DNA of 64,000 nt from an uncultured Actinomycetes bacterium (GCA_963778545.1 CAVZUW010000002.1:90454-154453); one strand, 5' to 3'. Counted from the first letter of the stretch, positions 9,661 to 20,155 are shown. Numbers and translations are program-made. Notes: generated by a model from the sequence alone, not told the origin.

Positions 9661-10671
9661 CTACGTGCGCGTGCGCCGCTCGCGCGCGGGCGGGACCAGG
9701 CCTCGTTCCTCGCACCACTCCAGCGTCCTGCGGAGCGTCGTCTCCACCGGCGCGTAGCGCAGTCCGAGCTCCCGGGCCGCCTTCGATCCGTCGTACCGGT
9801 GACCGTGGAGCAGCGTTCGAACGGCCTCGGGGCACAGGGTCGCGTCGCGACGGAGCACCCTCGCGACGGCCCCGGCGAGCTCGCCGCCCGCCCTCGCGAC
9901 CCATCCCGGCGCGAACCGCACCCGGCGCGGCAGCCCCCAGATCCGTTCGAGCAGGTCGACCGCCTCGCGCGTGGTCAGGCTCGCGCCCGAGAGCAGGTAC
10001 CGCTCGCCCGGCGTCCCACGGGTCTCGGCCAGGACGTGGCCCTTCGCGCAGTCCTCGATGTCGATCAGCGAGATCGTCGTGTCCACCAGGACCGGGAGCC
10101 GCCCGTTGACGACCTCGAGCAGGAGGCGCGCGGAGCCGGTCGCCCGCCCCGGTCCCTGCACCGACGAGGGGTTCACCGACACGACGTCGACCGCCAGGGT
10201 CCTCGCGAGCTCGAACGCCCGCCGTTCGGCGAGGTGCTTGGAGCGCTCGTAGTCGGACAGGTACGAGCCCCGGTGCGGCGAGTCCTCCCGTCCGACCGTG
10301 TGCCGTGGTTCGCCGATCGCCGACGAGGACGAGGTGTAGACGACGCGTCCGACCCCGGCGTCGGCCGCGGCGCGGACCGCGTTCGCCGAGCCCTCGACGT
10401 TGGTGCGGATCATGTCGCTCGGATCGCGCAGGCACATCGCGTTCACGCCGGCGACATGGAAGACGGTGGAGCACCCGCGCATCGCCTCGGTCAGCGACCC
10501 GAGGTCCAGCACGTCGCCCCGGACCGCCTCCGCCCCGAGCGCGGCGACCGCGTCCTCGGAGCCCTTGGATCGAGCCAGCGCGCGCACGGCACGCCCGTCG
10601 GCGACGAGGCGGCGTAGGACGGCCCGGCCGACGACGCCGGTCCCTCCGGTGACCAGGACCGGTTCGGTCAC
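9661..10671 (-). CDS. NAD-dependent epimerase/dehydratase (HpnA/dihydroflavonol reductase-like)
   Basis: [28 protein letters not shown]; GTG overlaps the pgsA stop. Confidence 0.88.
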   Translation of the reverse strand: MTEPVLVTGGTGVVGRAVLRRLVADGRAVRALARSKGSEDAVAALGAEAVRGDVLDLGSLTEAMRGCSTVFHVAGVNAMCLRDPSDMIRTNVEGSANAVRAAADAGVGRVVYTSSSSAIGEPRHTVGREDSPHRGSYLSDYERSKHLAERRAFELARTLAVDVVSVNPSSVQGPGRATGSARLLLEVVNGRLPVLVDTTISLIDIEDCAKGHVLAETRGTPGERYLLSGASLTTREAVDLLERIWGLPRRVRFAPGWVARAGGELAGAVARVLRRDATLCPEAVRTLLHGHRYDGSKAARELGLRYAPVETTLRRTLEWCEERGLVPPARERRTRT

Positions 10672-11252
10672 GCGGCCGGGTCGCGGCCGCTGGTGATCGC
10701 GCCGCGGAACCGAAGGACGTACTCGAGCCCGGAGAGCACGGTGATCACGGCGGCCGCGATCATCGCCCACTGATCCAGGTACAGCGGTCCGATCGGCTCG
10801 CCGGGGCGCAGGATCGCGAGGAAGATCGCGAGGAACTGCACGTTGGCCTTCGCCTTGCCCCAGACGGACGGCTGCACGAGGTCGCCGGTCGAGGCGACCG
10901 CACCCTTCAGGCCGATGATCAAGATCTCGCGACCGATGATGATCACGGCGATCCAGGGCGACACCCGTCCGACGACCAGCAGGCCGATCAGGGCGCCCGC
11001 CACGAGCAGCTTGTCGGCCGTCGTGTCCAGGAAGTTGCCGAACACGCTCGTCTGTGCCCAGCGCCGGGCCAGCAGCCCGTCGAAGAAATCGGTGAGCGCG
11101 GCGACCGCGAACAGCACCGCGGCGATCGTGAAGGCCGTGTCGTCGTCGGGTCCGGCGAGGATCAGCGCCAGGATCACCGGCACGAGCGCCACGCGAGCCC
11201 ACGTCACGACCTTGAGGAACGCTGCGGCACGGAGGTCGGCGGCGGTGGTCAC
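10668..11252 (-). CDS. pgsA: CDP-alcohol phosphatidyltransferase (PGP synthase)
   Basis: TDFFDGLLARR...FGNFLDTTADK motif, GREIL, GKAKA. Confidence 0.85.
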   Translation of the reverse strand: MTTAADLRAAAFLKVVTWARVALVPVILALILAGPDDDTAFTIAAVLFAVAALTDFFDGLLARRWAQTSVFGNFLDTTADKLLVAGALIGLLVVGRVSPWIAVIIIGREILIIGLKGAVASTGDLVQPSVWGKAKANVQFLAIFLAILRPGEPIGPLYLDQWAMIAAAVITVLSGLEYVLRFRGAITSGRDPAA

Positions 11253-11328
11253 GGCTTCGTCGGCATCGTAGCAGCGCGTCTGGCCCGAACGGCCGCGGCG
11301 TCGGCGTCCCTCGGTGTAGCGTCGGCGT

Positions 11329-12138
11329 GTGGACCGACGGACGAGGACGACGCTGATCGTGGGTGCGGCGGTGCTGTTCGTGGTCGGGGTGCTGTTCGGG
11401 TTCCTGCTGGGCCGATCGGACAACGACGAGGAGCTCGCGATCCCGACGCCGAGCCCGGAGATCACCACGACCGTGACGCAACCCACCGAGGTGGTCACAC
11501 CGACGCCGGGTGAGGCGCCGGCGATCTCGAGCCGGGGGCAGGTGCTCCGGCAGGGCGACCGGGTCGTGACCGCCGCTCCCACCAGCGCGACGTGCGCCGC
11601 GTTGATCACGCCGGGGACGCTCGGCGACTGCGGCGAGGTGATCGTCGCCGACCAACGCGTCGTGTGGGTCGTCGAACGGGCGGCCACGCCGACCGGGGCG
11701 CCGGCGTTCTCGGTCCGGATCTCGACCTTCGTCCCGGACGAGGGCGGGTGGGTCGAGTGGCTCCAGGCGTCCGACCCCGCGGGCGAACGCTGGTCGGACG
11801 TGAGCGTGCTCGCGGCCGACCTGACGGGCGACGGCGTCCAGGAGCTGCTGGTGGGGTTCCGCTCGATCGGCGAGGATCAGACGCTCGAGTACGACATCGT
11901 CGGGTATTCCGAGATCGCCGTGCCCGAGGTGCTCGCCCATCCCGATCCGGCGCCCAAGGGCTCCGTGATCGTGTCCGGTGGAACGATCCAGGAGTACTCG
12001 GCGCAGTACCCCAACGGCGAACCGGTCTGTTGTCCCGCGAGCTACCTCCGACAGTCGATCGCGTTCGTGGACTCGTTCTTCCGGGTGGTCGATTCGGAGA
12101 CGGTGGTCATCACCGCGGTCCCGCCTTCGCAGCTCTGA
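11329..12138 (+). CDS. Membrane-anchored exported protein of unknown function
   Basis: N-terminal TM, Thr/Pro linker, DLTGDGVQELLV loop, EPVCCP motif reminiscent of LppP/LprE; TAGCGT -10 six nt before GTG. Confidence 0.7.
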   Translation: MDRRTRTTLIVGAAVLFVVGVLFGFLLGRSDNDEELAIPTPSPEITTTVTQPTEVVTPTPGEAPAISSRGQVLRQGDRVVTAAPTSATCAALITPGTLGDCGEVIVADQRVVWVVERAATPTGAPAFSVRISTFVPDEGGWVEWLQASDPAGERWSDVSVLAADLTGDGVQELLVGFRSIGEDQTLEYDIVGYSEIAVPEVLAHPDPAPKGSVIVSGGTIQEYSAQYPNGEPVCCPASYLRQSIAFVDSFFRVVDSETVVITAVPPSQL

Positions 12139-12156
12139 CTGACTAGGCTGCGCACC

Positions 12157-13170
12157 GTGGATACGCCGATGATCACGGTCGACGACTACGAGCCGCTGGC
12201 GAGGGAGGCCCTGCCCGCCGACGTCTTCGACTACTACGCCGGCGGGGCGGGGGACGAGTGGACCCTGGCGGAGAACCGCCGCGCGTTCGAGGATTGGGTG
12301 ATCCGCCCGCGGATGCTGACCGGCGCCTGGCCCGCGGACCCGTCGACCTCGATCCTTGGCAACGAGATCGCGTTCCCGGTGCTGGTGGCACCGTGGGCGT
12401 ACCAGAAGCGCGCGCATCCCGACGGCGAGCTCGCCACCGCGCGCGCCGCCGCTCGCGCCGGGACCGTCATGGTGGTGTCGAGCACCGCGTTCGAGTACCT
12501 GGAGGACGTGGCGGCCGCCTCCGAGGCGACGAAATGGTGGCAGCTGTACGTGTTCACCGACCGCGAGCTGACCGTCGACCTGCTGCACCGGGTCCACGCC
12601 GCGGGGTTCGGCGCGGTCTGCCTTACCGTCGACTTCCCCGATAGCGGGCTGCGCCATCGCGACACGCGCAGCGGCTTCCAGATCCCGATCGGCCTGTCGT
12701 CGGACGAGCACACGTTCGCGCCCGACCTCACGTGGGACGACCTCGCGTGGATCCGCGAAGCCGCTCCCGTGCCGTTGCTCGTCAAGGGCCTGATGACCGC
12801 CGAGGACGCGCGGCTCGCCGTCGAGGCCGGCGTCGACGCGATCGTCGTCTCGAACCACGGCGGGCGGCAGCTCGATTCGGTCCACGCGCCGATCACGGTG
12901 CTGCCCGAGGTCGTCGAGGCCGTCGAGGGACGGATCCCGGTGCTCGTCGACGGGGGGTTCCGCCGGGGGACGGACGTCTTCAAGGCGCTCGCCCTCGGTG
13001 CCGCCGCGGTGCTGGTGGGGCGCCCCGCGTGCTGGGGGCTCGCGGCCGCGGGCGAGGACGGCGTGGTGGACGTGCTCCGCATCCTGCGGGCGGAGCTCGA
13101 GAACACGATGGTGCTGGCCGGCACGCGGTCGGTCGCGGATATCACGGTGGCTCACGTCGAGCGTGCGTGA
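12157..13170 (+). CDS. FMN-dependent alpha-hydroxy acid oxidase/dehydrogenase
   Basis: DYYAGGAGDE, WQLY, VKG, SNHGGRQLD, DGGFRRGTDV. Confidence 0.93.
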   Translation: MDTPMITVDDYEPLAREALPADVFDYYAGGAGDEWTLAENRRAFEDWVIRPRMLTGAWPADPSTSILGNEIAFPVLVAPWAYQKRAHPDGELATARAAARAGTVMVVSSTAFEYLEDVAAASEATKWWQLYVFTDRELTVDLLHRVHAAGFGAVCLTVDFPDSGLRHRDTRSGFQIPIGLSSDEHTFAPDLTWDDLAWIREAAPVPLLVKGLMTAEDARLAVEAGVDAIVVSNHGGRQLDSVHAPITVLPEVVEAVEGRIPVLVDGGFRRGTDVFKALALGAAAVLVGRPACWGLAAAGEDGVVDVLRILRAELENTMVLAGTRSVADITVAHVERA

Positions 13171-13194
13171 CGGCGTTCGCCGTCGTCTGCCAGC

Positions 13195-14064
13195 ATGAGC
13201 GTCCGCATGCCGCGCATCGATCTGCACACGCACTCGAACCGCTCCGACGGGACCTTCACCCCGGCCGAGGTGATCCGCCTGGCCGCCGAACGCGACCTGG
13301 ACGTCGTCGCGCTGACCGACCACGACACGACGGACGGCCTGCCCGAGGCGCTCGCGACCGGGCTCGAGGCCGGCGTCGAGGTCGTCCCCGGTGTCGAGTT
13401 CTCGGCCGAGTACCTGGGCACGAGCGTGCACGTGCTGTGCTACTGGATGGACACGGGGGACTCCGCCTTGCAGCTCGAGCTCCGGCGGCTGCGCGAGGAT
13501 CGCTACCGCCGCGGCGAGCTGATGGTCGAGAGGCTCGGCGCCCTCGGGCTGCCGGTCTCGTTCGAACGCGTCCGCGAGATCGCCGGCGACGCCACGATCG
13601 TCCGCCCGCACATCGCGCAGGCGATGGTCGAGGCCGGCGTCGTCGCCACCGAGAAGGAGGCGTTCGAGCGCTACATCGGCGACGGCGGGCCGGCGCACGT
13701 CGCCAAGCACGCGCTCGACCCCGTCGACGCCGTCGCGTTGATCGAGGGCGCGGGCGGCGTGTGCGCGCTCGCGCACCCGGGGATGTGGGGCGACCAGAGC
13801 TCGGTCCCGGACGAGCTGATCGAACGCATGGCGGCCGCCGGCATGCGGGGTCTCGAGGTCGACCATCCCGACCACACCCCCGAGGCTCGCGAACGCTACC
13901 GGGCGCTGGCCGAACGGCTCGGCCTGATCGCGACCGGCGGCTCGGATTGCCACGGGACCCGGTACGACCCCGTGCGTCTCGGGAGCTCGCTCTGCGACCC
14001 GGAGGCGTTCGTCGCGCTCCGCGCCGCGGCGCTCCGCGGATCGCCGGCGGCGCCCACCCCGTAG
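13195..14064 (+). CDS. PHP domain phosphoesterase (TrpH/YciV-like)
   Basis: DLHTHSNRSDG, LTDHD, RPHIA, LAHP, TGGSDCHG. Confidence 0.92.
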   Translation: MSVRMPRIDLHTHSNRSDGTFTPAEVIRLAAERDLDVVALTDHDTTDGLPEALATGLEAGVEVVPGVEFSAEYLGTSVHVLCYWMDTGDSALQLELRRLREDRYRRGELMVERLGALGLPVSFERVREIAGDATIVRPHIAQAMVEAGVVATEKEAFERYIGDGGPAHVAKHALDPVDAVALIEGAGGVCALAHPGMWGDQSSVPDELIERMAAAGMRGLEVDHPDHTPEARERYRALAERLGLIATGGSDCHGTRYDPVRLGSSLCDPEAFVALRAAALRGSPAAPTP

Positions 14065-14073
14065 CATCGGCGC

Positions 14074-15387
14074 GTGGCCGGCAAGCGGATCCTCGTCGTC
14101 GGCGCCGGGTTCGCCGGGCTCTACGCGGCGATGCGACTGCGCCGGGCGGTCGAGCTCGGTCACCGCGTGACGGTGGTCAACCCCGAGAACTTCATGCTGT
14201 ACCACCCGTTCCTGCCCGAGGTCGCGTCCGGGACGATCGATCCACGGGCGGTGGTCGTCCCGCTCCGGCGCGTGCTGCGTCACTGCGACGTCGTGATCGG
14301 CGAGGTCGAACGCGTCGACCACGCCGAGCGCAACGCGCACGTCCGCCTCGCGGACGGCCGCGGGACCGCGCTCGGCTACGACGCGGTCGTCCTCGCGCCC
14401 GGCTCGTGGGCGCGCGTGCTGCCGATCCCCGGCCTGGCCGAGCACGGGGTCGGGTTCAAGACGGTGCAGGAGGCGATCTGGCTGCGCAACCACGTGCTGT
14501 CGCGGCTCGACGTCGCCGCGGTCACCGACGACCCCGAACGCCGCCGGGCCGCGCTCACGTTCGCGTTCGTCGGGGGCGGGTACGCGGGGGTGGAGGCCCT
14601 CGGCGAGCTCGAGGACCTCGCGCGGGACGCGATGCAGAGCTACCCGAACCTCCGCCCCGAGCAGATGCGGTGGATCCTGGTCGAGGCGACCGGCTCGATC
14701 CTGCCCGAGATCGGCTCCGACCTGGCCGACTACGCGATCGAACGTCTGCGCGAACGCCGGATCGAGGTCCTGCTCAACACGAAGCTCGATTCCGCGGAGG
14801 GCGGCGTGCTCCGCCTCTCCGACGGCCAGGTGTTCCCGGCCGAGACGCTCGTGTGGACGGCCGGCGTGAAGCCGTCACCGCTCGCCGCCGAGTCGGGGTT
14901 CCCGGTCGACGACGCGGGACGGATCCGGACGGAGACCAACCTCCGGGTCGAAGGCCTCGAGGACGCCTGGGCGGCCGGCGACGCGGCCGCGGTGCCCGAT
15001 CTCCTCGGCGGCGGCGTGATGCCCCCGACCGCGCAGCACGGGATGCGGCAGGGCAAGCGCCTGGGGGACAACGTCCTGGCCGTCCTGGAAGGGCGCCGGC
15101 CCCAGCCGTTCGAGTACCGGGCGATCGGGGCGGTCGCCTCGCTCGGCCGGTACAAGGGGGTGGCGATCATCCGAGGCGTTCGGCTCCGCGGGTTCCCGGC
15201 GTGGTTCGCGCACCGTACGTATCACCTGTACGCGATGCCGACGCTCGGCCGCAAGGTCAAGATCGCCACCGACTGGACGGTCGCGTTGCTGTTCCCCCGC
15301 GATCTCGCGCAGCTCGGGTCGCTGCAGCACCCACGCGAGCCGTTCGAACGCGCCGCGGGGAAGGGTCCTACGGACCGACGCGATTGA
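14074..15387 (+). CDS. ndh: Type II NADH dehydrogenase-like FAD oxidoreductase
   Basis: VVGAGFAG, VGGGYAGVE, LVWTAG, WAAGDAA, PPTAQH. Confidence 0.88.
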   Translation: MAGKRILVVGAGFAGLYAAMRLRRAVELGHRVTVVNPENFMLYHPFLPEVASGTIDPRAVVVPLRRVLRHCDVVIGEVERVDHAERNAHVRLADGRGTALGYDAVVLAPGSWARVLPIPGLAEHGVGFKTVQEAIWLRNHVLSRLDVAAVTDDPERRRAALTFAFVGGGYAGVEALGELEDLARDAMQSYPNLRPEQMRWILVEATGSILPEIGSDLADYAIERLRERRIEVLLNTKLDSAEGGVLRLSDGQVFPAETLVWTAGVKPSPLAAESGFPVDDAGRIRTETNLRVEGLEDAWAAGDAAAVPDLLGGGVMPPTAQHGMRQGKRLGDNVLAVLEGRRPQPFEYRAIGAVASLGRYKGVAIIRGVRLRGFPAWFAHRTYHLYAMPTLGRKVKIATDWTVALLFPRDLAQLGSLQHPREPFERAAGKGPTDRRD

Positions 15388-15823
15388 CCTCGGCGGCGGC
15401 CGACAGCGCCGAGTGGCTCCGCTCGAGGTCGGGGAGCTCGTGACCCGAGGTGAGCTCGTGCACCGCCCAGTTGGTCAGGTCGCGGATCGAGATGATCCCG
15501 GTGAGCTGGCCGTCCTGCACGACGGGGAGGTGACGGATCTTCAGCCGGGCCATGTGGTCGGCGGCCTCGGCGATGTCCGTCTTCGGGTCGACCGTGTCCA
15601 GGTCGGTCGACATGCGTTCGGACACCGTGGTCGCCTTCGGGTCCCCACCCTCGGCCACGAGGTTGACCAGGTCGCGTTCGGTCACGATGCCGGCGAGGGT
15701 GTCGCCCTCCATGACGATGACCGAGGAGATCCCGTGCTCGCGGAGCATGGTGGCCACCTGCTCGAACGTGTCCGAGGGCGAGGTCGTCTTCACGTCGGTG
15801 TGCATGATGTCGCGGACCTGCAT
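15368..15823 (-). CDS. CBS domain pair protein
   Basis: VRDIM, GIVTERDL, IRHLPVV..GIISIRDL; GGAGG SD before ATG 15823. Confidence 0.9.
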   Translation of the reverse strand: MQVRDIMHTDVKTTSPSDTFEQVATMLREHGISSVIVMEGDTLAGIVTERDLVNLVAEGGDPKATTVSERMSTDLDTVDPKTDIAEAADHMARLKIRHLPVVQDGQLTGIISIRDLTNWAVHELTSGHELPDLERSHSALSAAAEVNRVGP

Positions 15824-15906
15824 GTCGGCTACCTCCGCTTGGGGGAACACAGCCTAGCGCGTGCCCGTTCGAACCGGCCAGCCACCCAGGACCGCCGGTC
15901 AGGCCC

Positions 15907-17256
15907 TCAGTGGTCCGAACGCCCGCTGAAGTTGAACGACGAGACCTTGAGGGCGGGGACGCGGCTGGCCGAGAAGAAGAACTCGCTCGCGAGCTCGGTG
16001 TCGCGACCCACCATCTCGGTGCCCTGGAGCGCCTCGATGATCGACTGGGTGAACCGCAGGTTCTTGACGGGGTGGGCGATCTCGCCGTCTTCGATCAGGA
16101 ACGTGCCGTCCCGCGTCATGCCGGTGATCGTCGACTCGACCGGGTGGACGATGTTCGTGTAGTGGAACCGCGTCACGAGCAGCCCGCGTTCGGTCGACGC
16201 GATCATGTCCTGGAGGCCCGCCTCGCCGGGCGCCATGAACAGGTTGAGGGGGAACGGGCCCTCGGGGTTCGGCGGCGGGAGGGCGTGGCCGGTCGTCGTG
16301 GTCCCGGCCTGCTTGGCCGTCCGCAGGTCGTAGACGCCCGAGCGGAACACCCCGCCGTCGATCAGATCCACGCGGGATCGCGGCACGCCCTCGAAGTCGA
16401 ACGGCAGACCGAGCGTCCCCTCGGACAGGGCGTCGTCGTAGATCGTCACGATCGGCGCCGCCACCTGTTGCCCCTGCTTGCCCGAGAAGCACGAGCGTCC
16501 CTCGTGCAGCGACCGCCCGCCGAACCCGACCCACGCCAGGAACCCGACGAGCGTCGAGACCGCCGACGGCTCCAGGACGACCGTGTACCGGCCGGCGTCG
16601 ATGTCGCGCGGCGATCGCGAGGCGATCGCCTTGTCCGCGGCTCGTTTGCCGACGGCCGCGGGGTCGAGCTCGTCCCGACCGGCCGCGAACACCTCCGCGA
16701 AGCCGCTGCCGCCCTCCGGGCCGGTCACGACGGTCGTCACGGAGGCCTGCGAGGACGGCGCCCAGCAGAACTGGCCGTCGGTGTTGGCGATCGCGACCTC
16801 GCTCGCGAGCGTCTCGTACGCGCCGGCCGCCGTGAACCCCTCGGGGCACATCGCGACGAGCTGCGCGACGGACTCCGCGCGTTCGGAGGGCGTGGTCTCG
16901 GCCGCCGCCTCGTCGAACGCGTGGTGCTCGGGCGTCGGCGCCCGCGGCGCGAGCCCCGGGAACAGCTGGTCGGGCGCGACGACGTTCGCCATCTCGAGCG
17001 CACTCTCGGCCGCCCGCCGCGCGCCCTCGAGGGAGAAGTCGTTCGACGCCGCGACGCCGATCCTGCCGTCGGAGACGACGCGGACGCGGATCCCCGTGTC
17101 CTCGCGGTGGGTGCTCTGGTGGATCGAGCTCGAGGCGAACCGCGTGAGCCCGCCCCACTCGTGCATGAACAGGACCTCGACGCCGTCCGCGCGCGGCAGG
17201 CTCAGGGCCGCGTCTGCGACGCGGCGGACCTCGTCCGGTCCGATGAGACCCGTCAT
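15907..17256 (-). CDS. tldE: TldE/PmbA family protein
   Basis: LTRFASSSIHQ, GRYTVVLEPSAV, PFDFEG, GMTRDG, PVKNLRF. Confidence 0.88.
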   Translation of the reverse strand: MTGLIGPDEVRRVADAALSLPRADGVEVLFMHEWGGLTRFASSSIHQSTHREDTGIRVRVVSDGRIGVAASNDFSLEGARRAAESALEMANVVAPDQLFPGLAPRAPTPEHHAFDEAAAETTPSERAESVAQLVAMCPEGFTAAGAYETLASEVAIANTDGQFCWAPSSQASVTTVVTGPEGGSGFAEVFAAGRDELDPAAVGKRAADKAIASRSPRDIDAGRYTVVLEPSAVSTLVGFLAWVGFGGRSLHEGRSCFSGKQGQQVAAPIVTIYDDALSEGTLGLPFDFEGVPRSRVDLIDGGVFRSGVYDLRTAKQAGTTTTGHALPPPNPEGPFPLNLFMAPGEAGLQDMIASTERGLLVTRFHYTNIVHPVESTITGMTRDGTFLIEDGEIAHPVKNLRFTQSIIEALQGTEMVGRDTELASEFFFSASRVPALKVSSFNFSGRSDH

Positions 17257-17293
17257 CGTCCCGCCCCGCACGTCATCGTCCAGCCCTCGCTCA

Positions 17294-18736
17294 TCAGCCG
17301 CGCACCCCGAGCTGCACGTTTCGGAACCTCGAGGGCGAGGCACCGTGGCCGACGCGCGCGACCTGTCCGGGCTGACCCTTGCCGCAGTTCGGCGTGCCCC
17401 ACAGCGTCCAGTCCTCCCGACCGCCCACCGCGTCGCACGAACCCCAGAACTCGGTGGTGATGCCCGTGTAGTTCGGGTTCCGGTACATCGTCGTCAGCCG
17501 GCCCTTCTCGATCCTCCACGCGATCTCGCACCCGAACTGGAAATTCACGCGGTGGTCGTCGATCGACCACGACGTGTTGGTCGACATGAACACCCCGTCG
17601 TCGGTGTCGCCGATGATGTCGGCGAGCGAGCCCTCGCGCGGTTCGATCGAGATGTTCGTCATGCGGATCAGCGGGTAGTGCGCCCACCCGTCCGCGCGCA
17701 TCGCCCCGGACGATGTGAGCCCGAGGACGCTCGCGGTCTCCCGGCTTGAGATGAAGTTCTCGAACACCCCGTCGACCAGGATCGGCACGCGCTGCGCCGG
17801 GACGCCCTCGTCGTCCCACCCGAACGACCCGAGCCCACCAGGAAGCGAGGCGTCCGCCGTGATCGAGACGAGCGGGCTCGCGTAGCGGAGGGAGCCTCGG
17901 TCCTCGGGTCGGACGAACGAGGACCCCGCGTACGCCTCCTCCATCCCCAGTACCCGGTCGAGCTCGACCGGGTGCCCGATCGACTCGTGGATCTGGAGCT
18001 CCACCTGCCCCGAGTCGAGCACGAGCGTGGTGACCTCGCTCGGGCACTCCTTCGCCGAGAGCAGCTCGACGGCCTCGGTCGCGGTCCGCTCGGCCTCCTC
18101 GATCAGGCCGAGCTTCTGGATGTGCTCCCAGCCCGCGGCCGAGATGTGGCCGCGGAACGAATTCGGGAACGAGCGCCGCTGGAGCTCGCCGTCACCGAGC
18201 GCCGTGGCCTCGATCCCGGCACCCGACTGGACGGTCGTCTGCTCGATCGCGGTGCCCTCGCTCGTGGCGAGGAACGTTCTCCGGCGGAACAGGTCGATCC
18301 CGCCCTCCCCGAACGCCAGCCCCTCCACCGACTGCATCCGCCGGGTCGCCTCCATCAGCATCGCGACCTTCTCCTCGAGCGGGACGTTGAACGGGTCCAC
18401 CTGCATCGGGGAGTGCCAGGTGCCGGTCACGGGTTCGATCGGGGCCAGGACGACGGGCTCCATCGGGAGCCGGGCGGCGGCCTCCGCGATCTCGACCGCG
18501 AGCTTGGCGGTGCGCTCGATCTCCTCGGGCTCGTGACGGGCGGTGGCGGCGAACCCCCAGTACCCGTTCACCAGCACCCGGATCCCGAGACCCTCGGAGG
18601 TCGAGCGGTCGATCCCCTCCATCTCCTGGTTCCGGACGGTGATCGACTCGGAGTCGTCGGCCACGACGCGCCCGTCGGCATAGTCGGCTCCGGCGGCTTT
18701 GGCCGCCTCGACGGCCTGCTTCGCGACGTCGAGCAT
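17294..18736 (-). CDS. tldD: TldD family metalloprotease
   Basis: HESIGH (HExxxH), WDDEGVP, RMTN, PNCGKGQP. Confidence 0.92.
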   Translation of the reverse strand: MLDVAKQAVEAAKAAGADYADGRVVADDSESITVRNQEMEGIDRSTSEGLGIRVLVNGYWGFAATARHEPEEIERTAKLAVEIAEAAARLPMEPVVLAPIEPVTGTWHSPMQVDPFNVPLEEKVAMLMEATRRMQSVEGLAFGEGGIDLFRRRTFLATSEGTAIEQTTVQSGAGIEATALGDGELQRRSFPNSFRGHISAAGWEHIQKLGLIEEAERTATEAVELLSAKECPSEVTTLVLDSGQVELQIHESIGHPVELDRVLGMEEAYAGSSFVRPEDRGSLRYASPLVSITADASLPGGLGSFGWDDEGVPAQRVPILVDGVFENFISSRETASVLGLTSSGAMRADGWAHYPLIRMTNISIEPREGSLADIIGDTDDGVFMSTNTSWSIDDHRVNFQFGCEIAWRIEKGRLTTMYRNPNYTGITTEFWGSCDAVGGREDWTLWGTPNCGKGQPGQVARVGHGASPSRFRNVQLGVRG

Positions 18737-18955
18737 CCGATCGGACCTCCAGGAAAGGGAACGACTGCTGGAGGACCAGCCTACCCCGGCGTGGCGGAGG
18801 TCGCGTTCCGAGATCCGGGCGTGGTCTGGGAAGATGCGGCGCGCGGCTCCCGGCGGTCGAAGCCGACGGACGAGCCAAGGGACGAGCCGACGGACCAGGA
18901 GGCGATGGATGACGATCCTGCGGGCGGACGGGGAGCGCGTCCCGCCGTGGAGCGG

Positions 18956-20155
18956 GTGACGGTGCCGACCTACGTCTCGAACGTCACGCTGTTCGACGGC
19001 CGGACCGTCAAGCAGCGGGCCGGCGTGCTCGTCGACGAGGGCCGCGTCGCGTGGGTCGGCGCGCATGCCCGAGCGCCGCGCTCGGCGCGCGACGCCGACG
19101 AGATCCACGGGCGCGGCAGGACCCTGACCCCGGGGCTGATCGACTGCCACGTGCACCTGTGCTTCGACGGGGGTGCCGACTTCGCCGGCGAGTCGCGCGA
19201 GATGACGACGGACGCCGTTGCCACGGTCAAGGCCGTGCGCAACGCCGCGCGAACGCTCGACCACGGCGTGACGACGGTTCGCGACCTGGGCGGACGCGGC
19301 GACTCCGTGATCCAGGTGGCGCTCGGCGTCGAACGCGGTCTGGTCGCCGGACCCAGGATCCTGGCGGCCGGCCACGCGCTCACGATCACGGGCGGCCACG
19401 GCCACAGCGTCGGGTTCGCGCGTGAGGTGGACGGACCCGACGCGCTCCGGCGCGCGGTCCGCGAGGAGATCCGCGCCGGCGCGACGGCGATCAAGCTGGT
19501 CGCGACCGGCGGCGTGCTGACGCCGGGGATCACCCACGACTTCACCGCGTTCACCCAGGAGGAGCTCGACGCCGCCGTCGACGAGGCGCACTCGTGGGGA
19601 CGCGTCGTCGGCGCGCACGCGATCGGGCCCGAGGGCATCATCCGGGCGGTCCGCGCCGGGGTCGACTCCATCGAGCACGGCTCGATGCTCTCGGCCGAGG
19701 GAGTCCGGCTGATGAAGGAGCGCGGCGCGGTCCACGTGCCGACGATCTCGGCGATCCGCGGCATCGTCGACCATGCCGACGAGGTGCCCGCGTACGCGGT
19801 CGAGAAGGCGACGGCGCTCGTCGAGCTCGCGCGCGAGGGGTTCCGGCGCTCGCTCCGGGGCGGGGTGAGGATCGCGTGCGGGACGGACGCCGGGACGCCG
19901 TTCAACCCGCACGGCAACACGCTGTTCGAGATCGTCCGCATGGTCGAGTGGGGCATGACGCCGCTGCAGGCGATGCGATCGGCCACGTCGAACGCGGCCG
20001 CGCTGCTCCGGCTCGACGACGTCGGCGTGGTGGCCGTGGGCGCTGCCGCGGATCTCGTCCTGTTCGGCTCGAACCCGCTCGAGGACATCGAGGCGGTGCT
20101 CGAACCCGCCCTCGTGCTCAAGGGCGGCGAGATCGTGGCCGGTTCCGCTTCCTAG
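18956..20155 (+). CDS. Metal-dependent amidohydrolase (Xaa-Pro dipeptidase-like)
   Basis: PGLIDCHVH, GVTTVRDLG, ITGGHG, IKLVATGG, SIEHG, GTDAG. Confidence 0.9.
   Translation: MTVPTYVSNVTLFDGRTVKQRAGVLVDEGRVAWVGAHARAPRSARDADEIHGRGRTLTPGLIDCHVHLCFDGGADFAGESREMTTDAVATVKAVRNAARTLDHGVTTVRDLGGRGDSVIQVALGVERGLVAGPRILAAGHALTITGGHGHSVGFAREVDGPDALRRAVREEIRAGATAIKLVATGGVLTPGITHDFTAFTQEELDAAVDEAHSWGRVVGAHAIGPEGIIRAVRAGVDSIEHGSMLSAEGVRLMKERGAVHVPTISAIRGIVDHADEVPAYAVEKATALVELAREGFRRSLRGGVRIACGTDAGTPFNPHGNTLFEIVRMVEWGMTPLQAMRSATSNAAALLRLDDVGVVAVGAAADLVLFGSNPLEDIEAVLEPALVLKGGEIVAGSAS

Noticed and set aside
9661-14493. 1610-aa minus-strand ORF and other very long Arg/Pro/Gly-rich ORFs in the track
   Set aside because: Shadow frames of real genes in high-GC DNA; only the last ~336 codons (epimerase) are protein-like.
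18743-18777. SD-sequestering hairpin in the tldD leader (CCTCCAG/CTGGAGG)
   Set aside because: The likely TSS (~18771, from the TAGGCT -10) cuts off most of the 5' arm, so the stem probably does not form; an operator role is not excluded.
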